Shown here piece by piece: positions 1 to 8,665 of a stretch of 64,000 bases of DNA. The stretch lies in assembly GCA_021323335.1 (NCBI GenBank), contig JAJTCN010000007.1, positions 8,779 through 72,778 on the forward strand. The letters run 5' to 3'. The notes beneath the pieces were generated by a model. It was given only the letters and a program-made list of their open reading frames with translations. It was not told the DNA's origin and searched no databases. The first letter of the stretch is position 1; the number at the start of each line of letters is the position of its first letter. Source of the DNA: Ramlibacter sp. GTDB lineage: Bacteria; Pseudomonadota; Gammaproteobacteria; Burkholderiales; Burkholderiaceae_C. The position numbers were made by a program, and so were the translations under genes.

Positions 1-630
1 GCGGCCGCGCAGTGCATCGCGCTGCGCGAACCGCTGCTGGAACGCCACGAAACCATCCCGCTCGAAGCGCTGCAGGTCGCCCACCAGCGGCCGGGCGATG
101 CGCTCCAGCACGGCGGCCGCGTCGGCCTGAGGCAACAGTTCACGCAGGGCGGCCGGCTCGATCGACAGCCCCGCGGCCGGGCGCGGGGCGATGTTCAGCC
201 CGATGCCGATGACGGCGTAGCGGGCGCCCGCCGCGCCATCGCCGAAGCTGGCGGTCTCGATCAGGATGCCACCGAGCTTGCGGTCGCCCAGCCACAGGTC
301 GTTGGGCCACTTCAGCACGATGTCCGGATGCAGGCTGTCCGCCACGCTGGCGCCGACGGCCAGCGACAGTCCCGACCAGTCCGCGGGCGCCAGCGGCAGG
401 CCGAGCGAGAAGGTCAGGGAGGCGCCGGCACTGCTGTGCCAGTCGCGCCCCAGCCGGCCGCGGCCCGCCGTCTGCTGCTCGGCCACCAGCAGCACCGGGT
501 CGGCCCGGCCGGTGCGCGCCCGGCGCATCAGTTCCGTGTTGGTGGAGTCCAGCTGCGGCAGCACTTCGACCGTGAACCCCGGCAGCAAAGGGGCCACGGC
601 CTCCCAGATCGCTTCGGCCGGCCACCTCAT
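1..630 (-). CDS. birA: biotin--[acetyl-CoA-carboxylase] ligase (3' end outside window)
   Basis: Read manually from ATG at 630: MRWPAEAIWEAV...DSTNTELM...AEQQTAGRGRLGRDW...LKWPND...RKLGGIL, the biotin protein ligase motifs. Not in the ORF track because it runs off the edge. Confidence 0.92.
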   Translation of the reverse strand, partial: MRWPAEAIWEAVAPLLPGFTVEVLPQLDSTNTELMRRARTGRADPVLLVAEQQTAGRGRLGRDWHSSAGASLTFSLGLPLAPADWSGLSLAVGASVADSLHPDIVLKWPNDLWLGDRKLGGILIETASFGDGAAGARYAVIGIGLNIAPRPAAGLSIEPAALRELLPQADAAAVLERIARPLVGDLQRFERDGFVAFQQRFAQRDALRGR

Positions 631-632
631 GA

Positions 633-1121
633 CTATCGGCGGCGCTTGGGCGCCAGCAGCGTGCCGCGGCAGTTCTTGCTGCCGCACCAGCAGGGGTATT
701 CGGCCTTGAGTTTCGGGGTGTACCGCTCGTCGATGATCAGGCCGTAGTCGTAGTTCAGCTCCTCGCCCGCCTTGATGTTGCGCAGCGACTTGATGAACAC
801 GCGGCCTTCTTCCTCGTCGGCCTCGCAATTGGGGTTGCAGCTGTGGTTGATCCAGCGCGCGGCGTTGCCCCCGACCGCCGCGTCGATGACCCGGCCGTCG
901 TCCACGTGGAAGTAGAAGGTATGGTTGGGGTCTTCCGGATTCCAGGGATGACGACGCTGCGCCTCCTTCCACGTGATGATCTCGCCGACGTACTCGATCA
1001 GGGTCTCTCCCTCGGGAATGTCCTGGAGCGCGAAGACCCCCTTGCCGTGGACGCCCGACTTGCGGACCTGGATTCTGCGATTCGTCTTCGGGGCTGGCTT
1101 TTTGGCGGGCGTTGCGGGCAT
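633..1121 (-). CDS. SET-domain protein-lysine methyltransferase with post-SET Cys cluster
   Basis: 162 aa: HGKGVFA, EYVGE, ARWINHSCNPN, GEELNYDY, CWCGSKNCRG. Confidence 0.93.
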   Translation of the reverse strand: MPATPAKKPAPKTNRRIQVRKSGVHGKGVFALQDIPEGETLIEYVGEIITWKEAQRRHPWNPEDPNHTFYFHVDDGRVIDAAVGGNAARWINHSCNPNCEADEEEGRVFIKSLRNIKAGEELNYDYGLIIDERYTPKLKAEYPCWCGSKNCRGTLLAPKRRR

Positions 1122-1133
1122 TCAGGAAATTCT

Positions 1134-4111
1134 GTTACCAAGACACTAGTGATTGCCGAAAAACCATCAGTCGCCCAGGACATCGTCCGGGCGCTGACCC
1201 CCGTGGCCGGCAAGTTCGACAAGCACGACGAGTACTTCGAGAGCGACAAGTACATCGTCACCAGCGCGGTGGGCCACCTGGTGGAAATCCACGCGCCGGA
1301 AGAATTCGACGTCAAGCGCGGCAAGTGGAGCTTCGCCCACCTGCCCGTCATCCCGCCCTACTTCGACTTGAAGCCGGTGGACAAGACCAAGTCGCGGCTG
1401 AACGCGGTGGTCAAGCTGGCCCGACGCAAGGACGTCACCGAGCTGGTGAACGCGTGCGACGCCGGCCGGGAAGGGGAGCTGATCTTTCGCCTCATCGAAC
1501 AGTTCGCCGCCGGCGAGAAGAAGCCGGGCACCGCGAAGACCGGCGCCGGTCTCGGCAAGCCGATCCGCCGCCTGTGGCTGCAGTCGATGACGCCCCAGGC
1601 CATCCGTGACGGCTTCGACAAGCTGCGCAGCGACAAGCAGATGCAGGGCCTGGCCCATGCCGCGCGCTCGCGCTCGGAGGCCGACTGGCTGGTGGGCATC
1701 AACGGCACCCGCGCCATGACGGCGTTCAACTCGCGCGACGGCGGCTTCTTCCTCACCACCGTCGGCCGGGTGCAGACGCCCACGCTGGCGATCGTGGTCG
1801 AGCGCGAGGAGCAGATCCGCAAGTTCATCAGCCGCGACTACTGGGAAATCCACGGCAGCTTCCTGGCCGACGCCGGCGAATACCCGGGCAAGTGGTTCGA
1901 CCCGAAGTGGAAGAAGGACCCCGAGGATCCCGAGAAGCGGGCCGACCGCGTCTGGGACCAGAAGGAAGCGCAGGCCATCGCCGACGCCGTCCGTGGCAAG
2001 GCCGCAACGGTCACGGAAGAATCCAAGCCGACCACCCAGGCCGCGCCGGGCCTGTTCGACCTGACCTCCCTGCAGCGCGAGGCCAACGGCCGCTTCGGCT
2101 ATTCCGCCAAGACCACGCTGTCGATCGCGCAGTCGCTGTACGAGCGCCACAAGGCGCTGACCTATCCGCGGACCGACTCGCGCCACCTGCCGCAGGACTA
2201 CGTGAAGGTGGTGCACGAAACCATGGGCATGCTGGCCGACAGCGGCATGCGCCACCTGGCGCCGTTCGCCAGGCAGGCGATCGACGAGCAGTACGTCAAG
2301 CCGGTCAAGCGCGTGTTCGACGACACCAAGGTGTCCGACCACTTCGCCATCATCCCCACGCTGCAGGCGCCCAGCGGGCTGTCGGAGGCGGAGCAGAAGG
2401 TGTACGACCTGGTCGTGCGGCGCTTCCTCGCGGTGTTCTTCCCGAGCGCCGAATACCTGGTCACGACCCGCATCAGCCAGGCCGTCGGCCACCACTTCAA
2501 GACCGAAGGCAAGGTGCTGGTCAAGCCGGGCTGGCTCGCCATCTACGGCAAGGAAGCGGCCGCCGAGGTGGAGGACGCCAAGGAAGGCGACAAGGGCCAG
2601 AACCTGGTGCCGGTGAAGCCCGGCGAGATGGTGCGCACCGAAAGCGTCGAGGCCAAGGGCCTGAAGACGCGGCCGCCGGCGCGCTACAGCGAGGCCACGC
2701 TGCTCGGCGCGATGGAAGGCGCCGGCAAGTTCGTCGAGGACGACGAACTGCGCGAGGCCATGCAGGAGAAGGGCCTCGGCACGCCGGCCACGCGCGCCTC
2801 CATCATCGAAGGCCTGATCAACGAGAAGTACATGCTGCGCGAAGGCCGCGAGCTGATCCCCACCGCCAAGGCCTTCCAGCTCATGACGCTGCTGCGCGGG
2901 CTGGGCGTGGAGGAACTGAGCAAGCCCGAGCTGACCGGCGAGTGGGAATACAAGCTGGCGCAGATGGAGCACGGCAAGCTGTCGCGCGACCAGTTCATGC
3001 ACGAGATCGCTGACATGACGAAGCGCATTGTCATGAAGGCCAAGGAATACGACCGCGACACGGTGCCGGGCGACTACGCCACGCTGAAGACGCCCTGCCC
3101 CAATTGCGGCGGCGTCGTGCAGGAAACCTATCGCCGCTACAACTGCGTCGGCAAGAAGGGCGCCGAGCCCTGCGGCTTCTCCTTCACCAAGATCCCGGCG
3201 GGCCGCGCCTTCGAACTGGTGGAGGTGGAGCAGTTCCTGGCCAACAAGCGCATCGGCCCGCTGCAGGGCTTCCGCTCCAAGGCCGGCTGGCCCTTCACCG
3301 CCGAACTGGCGCTGGCCTTCGACGAGGAAGAGAAGAACTGGAAGCTGGAATTCGACTTCGGCAAGGACGACAACCCCGCGGAGACCGGCGAGTGTCGGCG
3401 CAGGAGCCGCTGGGCCCCTGCCCGAAGTGCGGCCACAAGGTCTTCGAATGGGGCAGCAACTACGTCTGCGAGCGCGCCGTGCCCACCGAAGGCCACGCCA
3501 CGCCCACCTGCGACTTCCGCAGCGGCAAGATCATCCTGCAGCAGCCGGTGGAGCGCGAGCAGATGGCCAAGCTGCTGGCCACCGGCAAGACCGACCTGCT
3601 CGACAAGTTCGTGTCGATGCGCACGCGCCGGCCCTTCAAGGCCTTCCTGGCGTGGGATGCGGAAGCCGGCAAGGTGAACTTCGCCTTCGAGCCGCGCGCC
3701 TCCAAGTTCCCGCCGCGCAAGGGCGCGGGCGCGGCCACCAAGGGCACGGCCGCGACGCGCGCCAAGGCCAAGGAACCGCCGGCGCCGTACAAGGCGACCG
3801 CCAAGGCCGCGAAGGCGGTGGCGGCGAAGAAGGCTCCGGCCGCGAAGAAGGCGGCGCCGGCGAAGAAGGCCGCGGTGAAGAAGGCCGGCACGCTGAAGCC
3901 GAGCGCCGAACTGGCGGCGGTGATCGGCGACGGCCTGGTCGCGCGCACCGAGGTGATCAAGAAGCTCTGGGACTACATCAAGGCCAACGGGCTGCAGGAT
4001 GCGGCCAACAAGCGCGCGATCAACGCCGATGACAAGCTGGCCAAGGTGTTCGGCAAGCCGCAGGTGACGATGTTCGAGCTGGCCGGCATCGTGGGCAAGC
4101 ACTTGTCCTGA
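1134..4111 (+). CDS. topB: DNA topoisomerase III with C-terminal repeats, Lys/Ala-rich linker and SWIB domain; frameshifted near 3393
   Basis: Toprim IAEKPS, DAGREGE, GRVQTPT, TYPRTD and GLGTPATR lie in the 843..3677 frame. CPKC zinc ribbon and SWIB (RTEVIKKLWDYIKANGLQD...INADDKL) lie in the 3104..4111 frame. Start uncertain (GTT 1134 or GTG 1149). Confidence 0.9.
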
Positions 4112-4120
4112 CAGCCCTCC

Positions 4121-4154
4121 TCCCTCCCCCTCCGGGGGAGGGCCGGGGTGGGGG
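4121..4154. repeat. GC-rich palindromic extragenic (REP-like) element between convergent genes
   Basis: CCCTCCCCC-TCC-GGGGGAGGG hairpin followed by CCGGGGTGGGGG. Confidence 0.55.
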
Positions 4155-4538
4155 CTACCGCGGCAGCCGCGTCGCCAGCGTCGCCCAGTCGATCAGCACC
4201 TGCACGGTTTCGGGCGGTCGCATCACCTGCGTGACCGGCACGGTGGCGCGGCCGATGTTCCCCGTCGGGATGCGCCGCAGCAGGTGCCCCAGGGGCAACA
4301 GCGCAATGCGCAGCAGCTGCCCCATCACTTCGCCCCAGTCGCGGGTTTGCCGGGCCAACGTGAGCATCCGGCGATGGCTGTCGAAGTGCAGCGCCGGATC
4401 ATGCTGCCCGACGACGTGCGCAGCCATCAGCCAGGTCCACTGCAGCTCGCGGTGCGCTCCGGCCACCGGCGCGTCGGCGAACCCGCGCACGAGGCGGGCA
4501 TAGACGACACGTCGCTCGTCCGGGGTCAGCATGTCCAT
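4155..4538 (-). CDS. DUF3703-like small protein
   Basis: C-terminal 127 aa of the 4155..5405 ORF: AAHVVGQ, HFDSHRRML, GQLLRI, PTGNIG resemble DUF3703. Confidence 0.65.
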   Translation of the reverse strand: MDMLTPDERRVVYARLVRGFADAPVAGAHRELQWTWLMAAHVVGQHDPALHFDSHRRMLTLARQTRDWGEVMGQLLRIALLPLGHLLRRIPTGNIGRATVPVTQVMRPPETVQVLIDWATLATRLPR

Positions 4539-4589
4539 CACACAATTAGTAACATTCCACACCCTGTTGTCAAGGTGAATATCCAGCAC

Positions 4590-5441
4590 ATGCCCGCCTT
4601 CGAGATCGTCGCCGCCGAGTCCATCGCGCCGGCGCGCCTTCATGCGGCCTTCGGGACCGCGTTCGCCGACTACCTGATCGGGCCGTTCCGGGTGCCGCTG
4701 GCCCAATGGCCGCAGTTCCTCGCCCGCCAAGGCGTGGACGTCGGCCTGAGCCGGGTGAGCCTCGCTGCCGGCGAACCGACCGCCTTCTGCCTGGTCGCGC
4801 CGCGGCCGGAGGCCGCCAGCTGGCGGCTGGGCACCATGGGCGCGCTGCCCGCGGCCCGGGGCAGTGGAGCGGCGACCGCGCTGCTGGACGACTTTATCGC
4901 CCGCGCCAGGGCCGCCGACGTCCGCGCGGTGGAACTCGAATGCTTCGCGCAGAACACGCGCGCGATGCGGCTGTACCAGAAGGCCGGGTTCAAGACCATC
5001 GATGCGCTGTACGGATACCGCAGCAACACCGGTGCGCCACGGGGTGCGCCTGCCACCCCGCCGGTCGTGGAGCTGGCGGACGCCTTGCAGTGGCTGGATG
5101 CCTGCCGGGACGCGGGCTGTCCGCTGCCGCTGCAGGTGACGCCCCGTTCGCTGCGGGCCTTGCCGGTGCGCCTGCAGGCCTGGCGGCGGGGCGATGCCCA
5201 GCTGGTCTTTTCGCAAGGCGACGACGGCAGCCTGCAGGTGCACAGCCTGGTCGATCGCCGCCCCGCGCAGCGGGACGCCGACGAGCTGGTCGCCGCGTTG
5301 CTCGCGCTGCATCCGGACCGTTCGGTGCACGTGCCCCAACTCCAGCGCCACGCCGTCGGCGGTGCGGCGCTGGAACGGCTCGGATTCGAACGCCTGCCTC
5401 TGCACCAGGCCTGGATGCGGCGCTCCCTTTCCAAGGGTTGA
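4590..5441 (+). CDS. GNAT family N-acetyltransferase
   Basis: ATG 4590; PAARGSGAATALL acetyl-CoA motif, LEC..QNTRAMRLYQKAGF; degenerate second GNAT domain. Confidence 0.8.
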   Translation: MPAFEIVAAESIAPARLHAAFGTAFADYLIGPFRVPLAQWPQFLARQGVDVGLSRVSLAAGEPTAFCLVAPRPEAASWRLGTMGALPAARGSGAATALLDDFIARARAADVRAVELECFAQNTRAMRLYQKAGFKTIDALYGYRSNTGAPRGAPATPPVVELADALQWLDACRDAGCPLPLQVTPRSLRALPVRLQAWRRGDAQLVFSQGDDGSLQVHSLVDRRPAQRDADELVAALLALHPDRSVHVPQLQRHAVGGAALERLGFERLPLHQAWMRRSLSKG

Positions 5442-5590
5442 TCCGCGTCCGGCGCGGTCGCGAGATACGCGCCCCGGCCAGGCTCCGTTGTCCTACGCCC
5501 GGCGACCGGCGCCATCCCTAGCCTCGGATCCAAAGCAGGATCCATGCACCCATCACGAACAGCCCGGTACTTCCCTCTTGCGACAAGATC

Positions 5591-7114
5591 ATGAGCGGCG
5601 ATGACCAGCCGGCCAGCCCGGCCACCGAGCTGGACCAGTTGCGCCTGTTCATCTCCTCCGTCACGGACTACGCCATCTACATGCTGTCTCCCGAGGGCAA
5701 GGTGGCCAGCTGGAACGCGGGCGCCGAGCGCTTCAAGGGCTACCGGGCCGACGAGATCATCGGGCAGCATTTCTCCCGTTTCTATTCTCCCGAAGACCAG
5801 GCCGACGGCCTGCCCTCGCGCGCGCTGCGGACGGCCAGGGACACCGGCAAGTTCGAGGCGGAAGGCTGGCGCGTGCGCAAGGACGGCACCCGCTTCTGGG
5901 CGCACGTCGTGATCGACCCGATCCACGACGACGACGACAGGCTGGTCGGCTTCGCCAAGATCACGCGCGACATCACCGAGCGCAAGAACGCGGCCGCGGC
6001 GCTGGAAGAGACCCGCGAAGCCCTGTTCCAGGCGCAGAAGATGGAGGCCCTCGGCCAGCTCACGGGCGGCATCGCGCACGACTTCAACAACCTGCTGAAC
6101 GTGGTGACCAACGGGATCTCCATGCTGCGCGAGCGCGTGGGGGAACCGGCGGACGTGCGAATGCTCGATGCGATCGACCAGGCCGCCAGCCGCGGCGCGC
6201 TGCTGACCCAGCAGCTGCTGAGTTTCGCGCGCCAGCAGCCGCTCAAGGAGGAGCCGCGCGATGCCAACCGCGTGATCAACTCCTTCGAGGTCGTGCTGCG
6301 GCGCGCCAGCCGCAGCGCCATCGCCTTCGAGGTCAAGCCCGCGGCCAGGCTGCCGCAGGTGCTGCTGGATGCGGCGCAGTTCGAGACGGCGCTGCTCAAC
6401 CTCGTGGCCAATGCGCGCGACGCCACGCCCGACGGCGGCCGGATCGTGCTGTCCACCCAGTGCGTGGAGCTGGCGCAGAAGCGCCGCGGGCTGCACCCTG
6501 GCAGGTATGTCGTGGTGGCAGTGCAGGACACCGGCCAGGGCATGTCGCCGGACGTCGCGTGCCGCGCGGTGGAGCCCTTCTTCACCACCAAGGAGCTCGG
6601 CAAGGGGACCGGCCTCGGCCTGAGCCAGGTCTACGGACTGGTGCAGCAGTCCGGCGGCGACCTCGACATCGTGTCGCACCCCGGCCAGGGCACCACGATG
6701 TCGATGTACTTTCCGGCCCTGGACGTCCTGCACGACGAAGGCCCGGAGCCCGACGCGGCCGAGAAGGTGCTGGTCGTGGACGACCAGCCGGACGTGCTGG
6801 AGATCACCTCCGAGCTGTTCCGCACCCTGGGCTTCGACGTCCTCTCCGCCGACTCGGGCGAGCACGCGCTGGAGATGCTGGAGCGCACGCCCGACCTGCG
6901 CCTGATGCTCAGCGACGTGGTCATGCCGGGCATGAGCGGCATCCAGCTGGCACGCAAGGCCAAAGTCCTGAGCCCCGCCCTGAAGGTGATCCTGTCTTCC
7001 GGCTATGCCAACCCCGCCGTCGACAAGGACCCGGGTTGCCTGGACGGCTTCAATTTCCTGCCCAAGCCCTACCGCATGGCCGATCTGGTGAAGATGCTGC
7101 GGTCGATCGGCTGA
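5591..7114 (+). CDS. PAS-domain hybrid sensor histidine kinase/response regulator
   Basis: PAS (WNAGAERFKGY, RVRKDG), AHDFNNLL, NARDA, FFTTK..GKGTGLGL, REC (VVDD, SDVVMPG, LPKP). Confidence 0.92.
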   Translation: MSGDDQPASPATELDQLRLFISSVTDYAIYMLSPEGKVASWNAGAERFKGYRADEIIGQHFSRFYSPEDQADGLPSRALRTARDTGKFEAEGWRVRKDGTRFWAHVVIDPIHDDDDRLVGFAKITRDITERKNAAAALEETREALFQAQKMEALGQLTGGIAHDFNNLLNVVTNGISMLRERVGEPADVRMLDAIDQAASRGALLTQQLLSFARQQPLKEEPRDANRVINSFEVVLRRASRSAIAFEVKPAARLPQVLLDAAQFETALLNLVANARDATPDGGRIVLSTQCVELAQKRRGLHPGRYVVVAVQDTGQGMSPDVACRAVEPFFTTKELGKGTGLGLSQVYGLVQQSGGDLDIVSHPGQGTTMSMYFPALDVLHDEGPEPDAAEKVLVVDDQPDVLEITSELFRTLGFDVLSADSGEHALEMLERTPDLRLMLSDVVMPGMSGIQLARKAKVLSPALKVILSSGYANPAVDKDPGCLDGFNFLPKPYRMADLVKMLRSIG

Positions 7115-7133
7115 CCACCACGGAGGATTTGTC

Positions 7134-7955
7134 GTGCCGACCCTCGGATCCCTCTTCGCCGGTCCCTGGTCGCTGGGACCGCTGGCCGGCGCCGCCGGTG
7201 CGATCCGCGCCGAGATCGTCGATGCCCACCTCGGGTTCGATGCGGACGTGACGGTGCCGATCCGCGAAGGCCGGATCCAGTTCAACGACGCTACCGTCGA
7301 ACACGTGGGCCCGGATTCGCGCATGGGCGTCAGCCGGCTGGGCATCTACGTCGACGCGCCCAACGGGCGCAGCTACCTGTACCAGTTCGGGTCGGCGCCG
7401 GCGTCGGGCGTGACGTACGAGCAGCGCGGCGCCTTGCTGGGCGCGCTGGTCTCCGACCGCGGCAGCCTGCAGCTGCAGCCCTTCGTGCAGGCGCTGCTGG
7501 CGCAACTCGCGGAGGGCCACGGGCTCGGCGTCACCGAGCAGGCGCGCATGCTGTTCGATCGCACCGCGATCCAGGGCGAAGTGCGATTGGGCGACGGGCC
7601 GATCGCCGCGCCGGGGATGCAAGGCCAGCTGGCGGGACGCGCCGCCGGCCACAACACGGTCCGGCTTCACTCGGAGGCGGTGGGGCGCGGGCTGAGCGCT
7701 GAAATCGATGCGTTGTCGGTGCGGGATGCGGTGCTGGACGCGGGCGGCACCCGATTCGAATGCGACGAGATCACGGGCGCGCTCACGCTGCGGCTGTTCG
7801 TCGAAGGCGGGCGACTGCGGCTGGCGTTCGATATCTCCAGCGTGAAGCTATCCGGCTTGCGGGTGGCGTTCGGCGCGCCAGCGCAACCGCCGTTTATTCC
7901 ATCGGTTTCGCCTAGGGATGACACCGACGCCGCGCCGACCTCCCTTGGGGCGTAA
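7134..7955 (+). CDS. hypothetical beta-rich protein
   Basis: 273 aa ORF, GGAGG RBS before GTG, coding-like codon bias; no family recognised. Confidence 0.6.
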   Translation: MPTLGSLFAGPWSLGPLAGAAGAIRAEIVDAHLGFDADVTVPIREGRIQFNDATVEHVGPDSRMGVSRLGIYVDAPNGRSYLYQFGSAPASGVTYEQRGALLGALVSDRGSLQLQPFVQALLAQLAEGHGLGVTEQARMLFDRTAIQGEVRLGDGPIAAPGMQGQLAGRAAGHNTVRLHSEAVGRGLSAEIDALSVRDAVLDAGGTRFECDEITGALTLRLFVEGGRLRLAFDISSVKLSGLRVAFGAPAQPPFIPSVSPRDDTDAAPTSLGA

Positions 7956-7986
7956 TCCGCGCACCCCCGTCCCCCAAGGAAATTCC

Positions 7987-8661
7987 ATGCGCTTCCGTCC
8001 CCTTGCCGCCGCCCTGGCCGCCACCGCCCTGCTCGCGTCCTGCGCCACCCCCTCCAGCAGCACCGGACCGATGAGCTTCTTCGTCACCAGCGCCGGCTCC
8101 GGGCGCGGCGCCGACCTCGGCGGCTTGGCCGGCGCGGACGCCCATTGCCAGCGCCTGGCCACGGCGGCCGGCGCGGGCGGGCGCACCTGGCGCGCCTACC
8201 TCAGCACGCCGCCGACCTTCGCCGGCGCCAACACCCCGGCCGTGCCGGCCGTGAACGCACGGGACCGCATCGGCAAGGGCCCCTGGTACAACGCCAAGGG
8301 CGTGCTGGTGGCGCGCAACCTCGAGCACCTGCACAACGGCAACAACCTGAGCAAGGAAACCGCGCTGGACGAGCGCGGCGGCGTGGTGCGCGGGCGCGGC
8401 GACACGCCCAACGAGCACGACATCCTCACGGGATCGCGGTCCGACGGCACCGCCTTCGCGCCGCAGACGGACACCACCTGCAAGTCCTGGACGAGCAGCA
8501 CGGACGGCTCGGCCATCGTCGGCCACCATGACCGCACGGGCCCGATGCCGGAGAACTGGGCGCGTTCCTGGAACTTCTCGCACCAGTCGGCCGGCTGCAG
8601 CCAGGAGGCCCTGGTGCGCACCGGCGGCTCCGGCCGCTTGTACTGCTTCGCGGCGAACTAG
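7987..8661 (+). CDS. lipoprotein with endostatin/collagen-NC1-like (DUF1554-like) lectin fold
   Basis: Lipobox LASC; FFVTS, LGGLAGADAHCQRLA, WRAYLS, TGS..DG, C..W, LYCF. Confidence 0.65.
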   Translation: MRFRPLAAALAATALLASCATPSSSTGPMSFFVTSAGSGRGADLGGLAGADAHCQRLATAAGAGGRTWRAYLSTPPTFAGANTPAVPAVNARDRIGKGPWYNAKGVLVARNLEHLHNGNNLSKETALDERGGVVRGRGDTPNEHDILTGSRSDGTAFAPQTDTTCKSWTSSTDGSAIVGHHDRTGPMPENWARSWNFSHQSAGCSQEALVRTGGSGRLYCFAAN

Positions 8662-8665
8662 CCGT

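Noticed and set aside
4545-4575. MerR-type promoter for the DUF3703 gene (perfect TTGACA on the minus strand)
   Set aside because: No convincing -10 at 19 bp and no dyad in the spacer; left uncalled.
4155-5405. 416-aa ORF as one gene
   Set aside because: Its 5' part is antisense to the GNAT gene; only the last 127 codons look like a real DUF3703-type gene.
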